Origin: Octopus bimaculoides
Taxonomy: Eukaryota
Reading direction: 5' to 3'
NCBI RefSeq assembly: GCF_001194135.2
Contig: NC_068983.1
Coordinates: 36,252,027 to 36,316,026, forward strand
DNA length: 64,000 nucleotides
Below the pieces are notes generated by a model. That model had not been told where the DNA came from and did no database searches. It was given only the letters and a program-made list of their open reading frames with translations. The first letter of the stretch is position 1, and each line of letters opens with the position of its first letter. Position numbers and translations under genes: made by a program. Below are positions 51,964-63,369 of this stretch, one piece after another.

Positions 51964-52349
51964 CTGAAATTACAGAATTGGAAAAACAAATTAAGTTAAT
52001 TGATTTAAAATTCATTAGAAATAGATTTTATTTTAAAACATAATGCTGAATCAAAATTGAGACATAACTTTTGAAATAAGAAACACGACAAACCTTTTTA
52101 ATTACCTTTAGTTAAAAAATCCTTAGAGGCCTATTTATGTAGCAAACCCCAAATATGCCAATGGGTGTTCATTAGGCTGCTAGAAAAAGCAGCTAAATTT
52201 ACCTTGAATCACAAGCAATTATCTTAAAAATGAAGGACTCAAAGATGGTACAATAACAGTAAAACACCTTTGATTATAGAGCTGTTCAAGCATTGCTGAC
52301 CTAAGGCTGAACAACAACAAAGTTTAAACTCTGTAGGGTTTCTGTCCCT

Positions 52350-52712
52350 TATAAGTGACCCTGCATCTGCACATGTACATATGAGTTTGAGCAAGTTGTA
52401 TTGTGGAAGACTTGCAGTTGTTCATGAATGGAGGTCTTTCTTCTCTACACCACTGATGTGTATCTGTTGTGTAGACCACCGCTGTCGAAGAAGTAGGATC
52501 TCCCAAGACATATAAATAGAGGTAGTCTGGCCATGGTGGGAGTGTTGAGTAGCAGTCGAGTAGCGGTTGAGTAGAGATCATCCGAAGGTGCTAGATAGCA
52601 GTAGCTTGAGACATAACAGTATCCAAGGGAAAAGGCTGTCAACTTGTACTGATACAACTTGTACTGATACAACTTAGCACCAGTCTTGTTGTTGCAGACA
52701 CTGCTGTCAAAA
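52350..52712 (-). repeat. Interspersed repeat, inverted partner of 54620-54810
   Basis: Shared cagtgtctgcaacaacaagactggtgc and gatacacatcagtggtgtagagaaga...catatg.acat.tgcagatgcagggt. Confidence 0.75.
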
Positions 52713-53251
52713 CACAAACAACAGGAAAAAACACTGCAAAGCATCTTGCCTGACCTTCTAATAGTTCTACTAATCCACCATAGCAGATTGGTATTCTTTT
52801 ATTGACCCTAAAAGGGTGAAAGGCAATGGTGACCTCAGGAGATTCTACCAATTCTCCACCTTCCAAACCTTGGAAGTAAAAATATACACTAAATACTTAA
52901 CTTCCTCAACTAAGCTGTTGCTGCCATCACCACCACTATCATCATCATCATTTAATGTCCATCTTCCATGCTGTCATGGTTTGGATGGTTTGATGGAATC
53001 CAATCATTTTTGACTGTGTCAAACTTTAGTGTCAGCTTTGGCATGGTTTCTATGGCTGGAAGATGCCCTTCCTAATATCAACCACCTTATAGAGTGCGCT
53101 GGGTACTATTTTCATAGCATTGGCACTAGTAAGGTTGCTAAGTAGCTTACAAGACAATGTCTTCTTACAATAAAGATGAATTGGCATTTTTATATCAAGT
53201 TTGTTTAATGCAGTTAAGATTTTTATAAAATAAAATAAAATATTAACTTAC

Positions 53252-54147
53252 GATTCATTATTGCTGTTCAATAGGAGGTATTTTTTAATAACCAGAACCT
53301 GCGTATGGTTTAAGCCTTCGTAGTTCACATCAAGACCTGTGATATCTACAGAGGAAATACCATCTTTCATTTCACTTGGACACACATCATGTAGAAGAGC
53401 AGCTATATCAGGCATAGACTTTGATAGACTCTTGTTTTCTGTGTTAAGAGTTAAATAGTTCTCATTTGGTTCAGTCAGCAATGGTTCTTCTGGAACATTT
53501 ACTGGAGTTGTTTCTTCTTCATTTTCATTGTTTTCATGATCAGGACTCAAATGAGAAGAGCAAGTTGAACTCACTCCGCTTGAACTGCGGATACTGTCTG
53601 AACTTACATGTTTGTAGAGACTTTGTCGATTCTCTTTATGAGTTGAACCTGAGTTCCATGAGAATCTTTTATGAATAGTATTATCAGGATGTTCTTTTCT
53701 TTTAAGTTCTTGGATAGAATCAGCAGTATTGTACCGTTTTTCAGTCTTGCGTTTTCTTTCTGATTTACATTTTGTCTCTTCTGCAACTCCTCGTGAAAGC
53801 CAGTCAGAACTAGCACAAGATGGCATTGAATGGCTTGTCTTCATTTCTGAGGTTGGCAGCAGAAGAGAAGAACCTGTTTGTGTTTCTGGAGATGGACTTT
53901 CACAGACAATAAGTGGGCTTATCATTGTTTGTTCAGAAGTGCTGTTCTGAAGCTTTTGTTTGGTAAAAGAGAAAGAGTTTGGTCGGCTTTTCTCATGAAA
54001 CTTTGGGGAAGGAGAAGGATCAGTAAATTTATCATATTTTCCTTCCTGGAATGAACTTCGGTATTGTATTTTTGGAGAAGTTTTAATGTCCCCTATGGTT
54101 TGGTATAGCTGATGTCGAACAGGTTGGTTAGCTTCATTAAACAAGAG
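53252..54147 (-). CDS. PLEKHG5: RhoGEF PLEKHG5-like, large Ser/Lys/Glu-rich low-structure tail exon
   Basis: The only long non-repetitive ORF (298 aa in track). Poly-T acceptor then CAG|CTCTTG, donor GAATC|GTAAGT, 896 nt, phase 0-2. Ends LNHTQVLVIKKYLLLNSNNES, similar to PLEKHG5 [22 protein letters not shown]. Confidence 0.88.
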
Positions 54148-54619
54148 CTGAAAAAAAAAAAAAAAAATTACTTTGTCACAGCAAATCTATTTATTGCAAT
54201 GATTATAAGACTTGTGATAAGAAGGACATTGACTAAAAATGAAAATTTAATGCCTAGATGAGGTAGAACAATTAGAAGAGTGAAAAGATTTTATCAGTTT
54301 TTTTATTTTTTTAATAAGCTGTTTTTCAACCTTTATTGATCAAGTCTCTTTCAGTAAAAAGTGAATTCAACCAACTAACTACCTGAAATCTTTGGCAGAC
54401 GTAAAGAATGTGGACCACACCCCCTTGTTTTTTTTGGAGCTATGTATTTTACTCAAGAATAGTCCTCCCCAAAGTGGAAGTACTTCCACCTTCTCTCGAG
54501 GAAAATTTTATATGGACACTAGTGACAAAAGGAGCAGTTGATGTATTTGTATAGTTTTTTCTAGTCTTTGTCATCTATTTAAATATGATTATAAGACTTT
54601 AATCATAATAAAGTCTTGA

Positions 54620-54810
54620 CACCAGTGTCTGCAACAACAAGACTGGTGCCAAGCTGTATCAGTTTAAGTTGATGGTCTTTTCCCTTTGATACACATCAGT
54701 GGTGTAGAGAAGAAGGACTTTCATGCATGAATAACTGGTAATCTTCCACAAAACAACTTTCCCAGGCTCATATGAACATATGCAGATGCAGGGTGACTCT
54801 TAACCCATAA
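54620..54810 (+). repeat. Internally deleted copy of 52350-52712 in the opposite orientation
   Basis: Same segments as the partner; the central part is lost between two gatac microhomologies. Confidence 0.75.
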
Positions 54811-55517
54811 AGCACTGGGATTAAGGAAAAGAGATTCTCCTAGAGAGAATCTCTTTTCCCTTTTTTTAGTTGCTGTGTCTGGGAGCAAGGAGCAGTGCCT
54901 GTAGTGTTTGCAAGTCTTCCTAGATCACTGATACTGGTGTTATTAATGTCCCTTTTGAATCTGTGTAAATAAAAATCTAGAAGGTTGACATTCTGAGAAA
55001 AGGAGGAGTGGGCACAGTGATTAATGCAGAGCTTGGGACATTGAACACACCAAGAGTGATGAGTGAAAGATAAGCAGAGAGGGTGGAAATGCCTGAATGG
55101 AGGTAGTTTGAACACAGTCAGTTCTGAGGGGCAGAGGTCATTATAGAAGCAGTAGAAAAGGCTACTACACATTCGAAGCACATTCTCTACTACTACTAAC
55201 AGTGTCACCTAGGTCATAGAAGCTATCAACAACTTCTAGGGAGTCCTCCAAGCATATGAAAGAATTAATTTCATAGTGGTTCTTACTACTAACTATGTAT
55301 GTGTATTCTGCCACATGCAAAGTCTTCTTTTCTGTCAACTTGCTGGTTATCCCATTCTATGTCTTGTGTTTGTATAGTTTATATTGAGTACACCGTATTG
55401 GACTCTTACCTACCTGACCTGATCATCTACAATTGAATAATAAAAACATTAAGGTAAAGATAATGACTTGAGGAAAGAAGGACTTAGTTTCGTCCACAGA
55501 CTGAGAAACTCCTTTAC

Positions 55518-55630
55518 CTTTGCTTTGTTAATATGTTCGATGAAGTTTTTTATAGAAGCAGAATCAGCATGGAGGATGAATGCCATTATAGGAACAATGT
55601 AATCATTTGTTTGTATCACCAATATGGATC
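55518..55630 (-). CDS. PLEKHG5: RhoGEF PLEKHG5-like, second PH exon (GSILVIQTNDYIVPIMAFILHADSASIKNFIEHINKAK); absent from ORF track
   Basis: Acceptor tttgaatttCAG, donor AAG|GTAAAG, 113 nt, phase 1-0, exactly complementing the flanking exons. Resembles [22 protein letters not shown]...WVDTIYNAQ of PLEKHG5. Confidence 0.88.
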
Positions 55631-57221
55631 CTGAAATTCAAAGAAGAAAACTGAGTTAATTGGATGAATGAGAAACAAGTTAATATGATGCCATGTTTAA
55701 ATGAAGCATGTCTAATCTGATTGGAAATGAGGAAATGTCTATCTAAAGATAGTGAGTGGAGAGATGATACCAGGAGAGAAACCATATACACAGGATGCCT
55801 GCTTTTATCAATTATATTATGTAACCAGAAGCAAAGAATGTAAGGTCTTCCTTCCTTTCGTTTGCTATTTACTGAAACACCTACTCATCACATAAATGGT
55901 TCAGTTTTACTTAGCACTGCCAGAACTTGTTGCTACTGACGATGATGATGACAGTGACAATGATAATTATGACGATAGTGCTGAAATAGGGAGCTATAAG
56001 AGAAGGAACTGTTGGTGTTGATTGCTTAACTGGGGACCAATCCTAAAACTGCTGGAAGTTATGTAACACTATAACAGAATTCCTCTATATTAATTGGTAA
56101 TCTCCAAACGGATATCTGCTTTCATTCTTGGAAATTAGTAATTAGCAACTTAAAGGAACAAGATAACAGATACACTTAGATACCAAAATCAGTCACAGAA
56201 GAAAACCATGGAGGTGGTGGCAGTGGTGATGATGAGTAAGCAACTTGATGAATGAATGAACCTTTATAGAAAATATCTTCTCTGTCGATCTACTTGGTGG
56301 TGGTGGGGGATGCAAATGTACAGTAGCCTTTTCTACTACAACTCTAATGACTTCTGCCCCCTATATCTTGGACCCATGTTACATGCTACTCAGTTATCAT
56401 CATCCCATTTGCCTATTCTTGCCTCATTATTCTTGTGTTCAACACTACAAGCTTTGCACTAATTACAATAATGTTGACAGGGAAAAATAACATTCAGTGA
56501 AGAGAGACAATGATTGGTTCCACCTTTTTAAAGCCCTACATATTCTGGAATTTCCTTATGAATATGTTCCATATTTCTGAGACGATACATTCTATACCTA
56601 GTTGAAGATTTGGAGAAAAAATTCCAGTTAAGGAAGCCGAAACTAGAATCAAGAGATTTCAAAATAAACCTAACAGAGATAGGAGTCTACACTGCCGCTG
56701 CCACCATCATTTAACTCCTGTTTTCCATGCTGGCATGTGTTGGACAGTTTTTGGCATGGTTTCTACAGCTGGATGCCTTTCCTAATGCCAACCATTTTAC
56801 AGAATATACCAGGTGCCTTTTAGATGGCACTGGCACCTGTGCTTTTTATGTCACACCAGTGATGGTGCTTTTTACATGACACCATCACCAATGGGGTCAC
56901 CAAGTACTTTGCAAGACAAAAAAGGCAAATACATTATCTAACTGAATTCGGTTTCCATTATTGTAGTAAAGTAAAATATTTTGTTGCTATCTTCTAAATG
57001 GAAATGATTAGTTTAGATCAGTATTTCTCAACTGGGGTTCCCTGGAACCTTAGGGATTCCATGAGAAAGAGTGAGATAAGCTAATGTTAATTTCATGATC
57101 GTAATATTACTAGACATGCACAACATTGGTTATTGTAATATTGTAATATAAACATCATCCTATCTCACCTGTCATGTTATCAAAAAAATATAACTATTTA
57201 GTGATGTCTGTAATTTATGGA

Positions 57222-57274
<53 letters not shown>

Positions 57275-57280
57275 CACACA

Positions 57281-57712
57281 TATTGTTAAAGAGGACAAAA
57301 AAAAATGTTAAGGCAAGGCAAACATCTCAAATCATATACATTATTATTATTGGATGTTTACAACATCAGGATTTTAATCCACATGGATCTACATAGGATT
57401 ATACCTGAAGACTTATGCATTTGTTTCTACAACATTGGAAAGTTGAACTATGAACTTTTATGCTTCTTTTTTCTTCTCTCTCTCTTCATTTCCTTATTCC
57501 TTTACTCCCTTCCTCTATGCCATCATTCCATTAATATATACCCTTCTGATTTTTCCCTATTTTTCCCTATTTGTCTCTGATGATGGAATATCCCATACTC
57601 GGGGATATTCCAGAAACAGCTGTAAGACTTTGAATTTGTTCCAATAATAACAATGCATATGACTTGAGATGTTTGCCTTGCCTTAATGTTTGTTGTCCTC
57701 TTTAATAATTAT
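57281..57712 (+). mobile_element. Penelope-like terminal-repeat remnant with inverted arms and hammerhead
   Basis: About 75-nt arms (ttaaagaggaca...aaggcaaggcaaacatctcaa...tattattgga vs tccaataata...ttgagatgtttgccttgcctt...tgtcctctttaa) enclose the hammerhead. Confidence 0.6.
57573..57628 (+). ncRNA. Minimal type I hammerhead ribozyme motif (Penelope-type)
   Basis: gtct-CTGATGA-tggaatatccc[atactcg]gggatattcca-GAAAC-agct-GTA-agac: 4-bp stem I, 11-bp stem II, intact core, palindromic ACAGCTGT stem III, GUA cleavage triplet. Confidence 0.75.
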
Positions 57713-57859
57713 ATATCTGCTGCATCGGAAATTTTCAATGGCTCCATAACTACTGTTTCAGCTATAACCTTGGAGCCCTAGTAATCCGTTACAGCACTTA
57801 CCTAGCGTACCTAATCATCTAGATCACCTGTGAACTAAACCCCCCATATCTTGTATACT

Positions 57860-57905
<46 letters not shown>

Positions 57906-59117
57906 ATTTACCATGTGAACTATGATGAAAAAATATGAGTAAGATATGGTATATAATTTTTTTTTGTGTAGGGCTACCTTGAGACGTAATTTATTTTAAG
58001 GGTTATGTAAGGGTAAAAAAATGACAAACACTCGTTTAGATTGAAGGTTTCACCAAGACTTTCATAATTAATGAGTTATACACTTGGCATTATTAATGCC
58101 ATTGACTATTTGAATGTTATAGCCCTGGGCTGACCAAAACCTTGTGAATGAATTAGGCAGATGGAAACTGAAATAAGTCATCATATGTGTATGTGAGTGT
58201 GTCCTTGTTTTGACAAGTAAAGGTTGGTGACAGGAAAGGCATCTGTTTATAGAGTATCTCCTGAAGAAGGCTTGTCTAACTTGTGTCAACAAGGAAAAAA
58301 AACAAACATAAAAATGACAATGATGATGATTTTTGTTAAAAAAGTCAAGGCAGACAACTCTGAAATCTAAACTGATAAAAATATGAATTGGGAGTGGGGT
58401 TTCATGCAGTGGAGATTGAGATTTTATATACAATGTTTGGAATGATAAACTACAATTCTTTTTTTTCTTTACTTTTTTTTTTTGCTTTGTTGATATGTTA
58501 GCTAAGAGTGGAGGGACAGTACCCATGACCTCTGCAGACCCTCTTCTCAGTCTGGTTATATTCATACATAATGAGGCAACAATTTATTTTAATTACATGA
58601 CACTGATTTCAGCCTAGCTCTTGTTGCTAGTGTGATGAATGCCTTTGTGTTTTATACATATAATTAAAAAACAAATCCGGAATCCTTTCAGAGACCACAA
58701 ATTAAAGGAAAAAGAACAAACAGTTGATGGATTGAGACATTTACACAGAACATTGTTTTTTTTTTTTTTTTTTGTAGTTCTGCACTCACAAAAGTGAAAT
58801 CGTAGCTGACAATTAAAACTGGTTCCACAACCTTAAACAACAACTAACATATGAAAGGACTGTACTAACGATAATAAGTAATTGATTTTGATTATTTCTT
58901 AAGTACAAAACCAAAAATGCAAGAGGAAGACATTTCAAGATTGTGTAACATTTAGGCCTTTCTCAATCAAAAGCATTAGTGATATCAACATAATGAATTT
59001 ACTTTAACAATGAACTGAAACTGGCTCTCAATCAGCTAGAAATAGCAGCCAAATCTCCACCAAATCACACCCTATTATTTTGAAAAAGGAAGGAAATGTT
59101 GGATAATGTCTCTGAAA

Positions 59118-59485
59118 TCGTGATGGCACCTGTGCCCAGCGTCGCCTTTCTGGCACTTGTGCCCGTGGCATGTGTAAGGACTTTCGAGCGAGATTTCTGC
59201 CAGTGCCCCTGGACTAGCTCTTGTGCAGGTGGCACATAAAATACACCATTTTGAGCGTGGCTGTTGCCAGTACCGCCTGACTGGCCTTCGTGCCGGTGGC
59301 ATGTAAAAGCACCCACTACACTCTTGGAGTGGTTGGTGTTAGGAAGGGCATCCAGCTGTAGAAACTCTGCCAGATCAGATTGGAGCTTGGCGTAGCCATC
59401 CGGTTTCACCAGTCCTCAGTCAAATCGTCCAACCTATGCTAGCATGGAAAGCGGACGTTAAACGATGATGATGATGATGATGATA
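59118..59485 (+). mobile_element. (ATG)n-tailed repeat nested in an older repeat
   Basis: Splits the aaatagcagccaaatc...ggggctaaacaacaac family (59035-59117 and 59486-59570; other copies about 14520-14700, 20105-20260, 48360-48545, 52180-52320, 61560-61660). Confidence 0.75.
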
Positions 59486-59577
59486 TAAAAATGCAATAGT
59501 TACAGCTGGAATGTCTTTGAGGTAAGGTCTCCAGGCTCAAGGTTGACCTAGAGCTAAGCAACAACAATAACTAAAAT

Positions 59578-60011
59578 GTTCTTTTCTACTCAAGGCACAG
59601 GGCTTGAAATTTGTGGGGAGGAGGCCAGTTGATTAGATCGACCCCAGTACGCTACTAGTACTTAATTTATTGACCCCGAAAGGATGAAAGGCAAAGTCGA
59701 TCTCAGCAGAATTTGAACTCAGAACGTAAAGACAGATGAAATATCACTAAGCATTTCACCCGGTGTGCTAACGTTTCTTATTTCTTTACTGCCCACAAGG
59801 GGCTACACACAGAGGGGACAAACAAGGACAGACAAACGGATTAAGTCGATTATATCGACCCCAGTGTGTAACTGTTACTTATTTAATCAACCCCGAAAGG
59901 ATGAAAGGCAAAGTTGACCTCGGCAGAATTTGAACTCAGGATGTAGTGGCAGACAAAATACTGCTAAGCATTTCGCTTGTTGTGCTAACGTTTCTGCCAG
60001 CTCGCCGCCTT
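59578..60011 (-). mobile_element. Dimeric SINE with Nin/Deu-like core (GCCTTTCATCCTTTCGGGGTCGA) present twice
   Basis: Two tandem core units; TSD aacaataactaaaat (59563-59577, 60012-60026). Other copies near 10675-10840(+), 10925-11150(-), 11215-11420(-), 13340-13555(+), 14290-14500(+), 20280-20495(-), 25182-25300(-), 26690-27195(+), 43225-43400(+), 47000-47105(+). Confidence 0.85.
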
Positions 60012-60457
60012 AACAATAACTAAAATAAGATCAACGTCAACATACTGAATCTGATGACATAACACAAATAAGGTGCACCATTTGTTCAGAAACAAAATGT
60101 CTTTAAAAAAAAATCACCCCAGGACCTATATGCAAAGTTGGGCCTTTCATAAGCTTTAATACATTAAAAACATTTTTCCAGAATATGCACACTGTTGAAA
60201 TTGGGGTGTATCTATTATACCTATTTGTCTTTCATACCGTCAAATATGGTAATCATACTTTTCAAAGTTGGAAAAATTCATTAATTCAAGAGGAATTTTC
60301 ACTAGATTTCAATAATTAATGGAATTGTAAAAATAATAATCTCACAAATGTTAATCACAAGATAAAACAAAACAAAAACAAAAAAAAAAGGTTATTGAAA
60401 AATCCAATAAAAAAGGGGGCATTAAGAAAAAAAAAATCAATGAAAATGCAAATTTAC

Positions 60458-60593
60458 CTTTGTCTTTGAGTTCTGCAAGGCTAATTTGATCAACTCTAAT
60501 TGGTGGTTTCAATACTTTCAGACGATCATTAAGTTTTTTCAATTTGCATATAAGCAGAAGGTCAGTGAAAAGATAACATTCGACATCTTGCTG
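60458..60593 (-). CDS. PLEKHG5: RhoGEF PLEKHG5-like, PH domain exon (QQDVECYLFTDLLLICKLKKLNDRLKVLKPPIRVDQISLAELKDK)
   Basis: Acceptor ttgttctccCAG (tandem CAGCAG), donor AAAG|GTAAAT, 136 nt, phase 0-1. CYLFTDLLLICK...KVLKPP matches the PH start of PLEKHG5/6/7 (CFLFTDLLLVTK...RVIRPP). Confidence 0.9.
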
Positions 60594-61019
60594 CTGGGAG
60601 AACAAAACAAAAAGCTTTAGTATAACAATTCCTGTCCCACATCATTTTTTTTTCTGTTTTAACAACAACCCCATTTCATGTCTCAAAAGTTATAGTGACT
60701 CATACACCACTACCACTTAATAACCAGTATTGGGTTTGTTTACATCCCCATAACTTAGTGGTTCAGCAAGAGATTGATAGAATAAATACTAGACTTTAAA
60801 AAAAGCAAACAAACAAAAAAATCTAAGTAGTAGGGGTAATTTGTTTGATTAAGACCCTTCAAAGTGGTGCCACAACATGGCTACATACAAAACTTTGGAA
60901 GAAATGGGAAATTGTGAAAGGACTCCAGTGGAGGATTGAAACCACACTGTGTGTAGAGTAAGATTACTGGAGACTTAGTTCTTGCTGCATGGTATTCAAC
61001 ACCACCAGCACAACAATAA

Positions 61020-61440
61020 ATAATAATAATAATAATGTGAAGATAGTGCCAATTTTTGCCTGGTCGTTGGGGATAGTAATAGGAAACATCAAGAAATGGT
61101 AATAATAATCACTTCCACTATCGGCACAGGGCCTGAAATTTTTGGGGAAGGGATAAGTTGATTACATTGACCCAGTGTTTCACTGGTACTTAATTTATCG
61201 ACCCCCAAAAGGATGAAAGGCAAAGTCAACCTAATGTGAAGATAGTGCTGATTATTGTTGGGTCCTTGGGGAAAGTGTCAGAAAACATGAAGAGGAATAT
61301 CAAGGAAATTGGAATAGAGTGCCCCGTAGAACTTTTTCAAAAGGTTTGCCTTCTTGGCACAAACACAATAATCAGGATAGTTGAAAAGAACAGATAGCAT
61401 GGTACTGTAGGCTGCAGGCAGCAAGCCCACTATGCATGCA
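61020..61440 (+). mobile_element. R4/Dong-like 3' fragment split by a SINE
   Basis: VLIIVGSLGKVSENMKRNIKEIGIECPVELFQKVCLLGTNTIIR; aatgtgaagatagtgc is duplicated either side of the SINE at about 61110-61232. Confidence 0.6.
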
Positions 61441-62338
61441 AGACTCCAGGAGTTTCAACAAAACCCAAGTAATTGAATGAAACAGAACATCTCAAAATAA
61501 ATAGAGCAACAAAAGGGTTAATATGGATCTAGGAGTCAATTTATCCATGATCATCATGTCTTTTGTCTTTCTCAATTATGATGTATCTAAGACTACATGT
61601 CTTTTCTCTTTTCTAAAACAAGTGGTTGTGATTTTAGAGAGATCTAGCAGCTCTTTTTAGCACTTTAAATGACTACATAGAAGATCTCTCTTCAGTTTGT
61701 AGTTTCTAGAATTTGGAAAAATTAAATCTAGTGGCTACAAATAAATCTATAAAACCTTTTATGAATGAAAGACAGCAAAATTTTAAAATATTATCACATT
61801 TTAACTCTCTCCTTTAAGCATTTCTCATGTAATTTCAACATTATCATCATCACCACCAACTCTTTCTAAAAATAATAGTGATTATCATCATCATCATTAC
61901 TTAACATCCACTGGTATTGGCTGGGTAGTTTGGCAGGATGCAATGGGTTCAAAGACTGTCTCATGCTCTGATGTCGGGTTTTGCATACTTTTTATGGCCA
62001 AACACCCTTCCTAATGTCAACCACTTTATAGAGTTTACTGGATGCTTCTTTTTTCACACCATTGGCACTAATGAGATTGCCAGATAACTTGAAAGGCATT
62101 AAAGAAAAGGAGAAAAGGTAAAAAAAAGATCCTTTAAGTGTAGCCATTCAAAAGCTGAAAGTAGACAACCCTGTACAGGGTGCTTTTTTCCTTTAACAGG
62201 GTAAGACTATAGTAGAAAGGGAGGCAGCTTTATGTTCAGGCAAGAGGGATTAAAGTAAGAGAGAAAAATGCAACAATTAAAAAGACAAAATTAACTGTAA
62301 CAATGCGATAACAATTTATAAAATAAGCAAAATTTTAC

Positions 62339-62458
62339 CCGGACTGTAGAATCTTTAAACTTCATGCTACAGTGGTGCAGCAAACAGCGGCTTTGTTTGG
62401 CAAGGTAATTTGGCATTTGTGATGTAAGGGTAAATTTTTGATTGTAATGATTCAAAAG
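62339..62458 (-). CDS. PLEKHG5: RhoGEF PLEKHG5-like, DH-PH linker exon (LLNHYNQKFTLTSQMPNYLAKQSRCLLHHCSMKFKDSTVR)
   Basis: Acceptor ttattttcAG, donor CGG|GTAAAA, 120 nt, phase 0-0, open. Resembles the human PLEKHG5 segment LLKEFLHLDLTAPIPG...RQLLLEGSLRMKEGKDSK (recalled, not searched). Splices in frame to the next exon. Upstream DH exons lie outside the window. Confidence 0.85.
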
Positions 62459-62734
62459 CTGAAAATAAACAATCAGATAGAATTTATATATAGATATCAT
62501 TTCATCATCATCGTTTTAACACCTACTTTTCCATGCTTGCTAAGGAAGATTTTCTACAGCTGGATGCTCTTCCTGTCATATTTCTCAATGGCCAGTATTA
62601 TTTTTGCAAAATACTGCAATTGAATAACACAGTTTGTACGATAGTGACATTAATTTACAACTGTCACACTTAGTCAAGACAAAGGGAAACAAAGATGTGT
62701 ACACACACCACACACACACATATATATAGTTGGA

Positions 62735-63000
62735 ATTTACAAGAAAACAAAAGACGAAGACAGGTGTGTAAACAACAAACAGGTGTATTAGTTTAATGCT
62801 CGGGAAGGTGAGAAAGTCTTTTATGTTTTGAGCTTATGCTCTTCAACAGAAAGGAATACGAGAAAATAAACAGAGAGAGAATAAAAAAGCTTTAGTGGCT
62901 AGCAGTCAATCATGGCGATGGCCAGACAGAGGTGGTCAGACAAGAGAGCTAAGAAGAAGGGAAGATAATAAAGTAGTGGTGATCCCAAAACGAAGGTGCA
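62735..63000 (-). mobile_element. Penelope-like 3' terminal repeat fragment, homolog of 540-730
   Basis: Clear similarity to the reverse complement of 540-730; motif cttt-CTGTTGA-a-gagc[ataa]gctc-AAAAC-ATA-aaag at 62853-62818. Confidence 0.45.
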
Positions 63001-63369
63001 CATGCGTGTATATGAGAGCGTGTGGATGGATATATATATATATATATATATATGTATTAATGCTTGTTTTTATGTTCATTTATAATAAAAACAATTTTAC
63101 ATTAATCTGGTGGATTACTCTATACTTTTGTAGAGTACAAATATATTATTCCTAAACAAGAATGCTGTTGACAGTGATTTTGAAGTTTTGGCCAGCTAAG
63201 CCATAGTTGGAATGTGATGCATTATAGTTAGACTTGTCTTTATATAGTCTTTGTTGAGTTAAAATCATCTTTGGGTGTGTGGGTTTAAGGTGGGAATTAA
63301 ATTTTTACGGCTGGTTGATATGGAAAAGCGTTTTGGAAAAATTTGAATTGATTAAATTTGGGGTGATGT

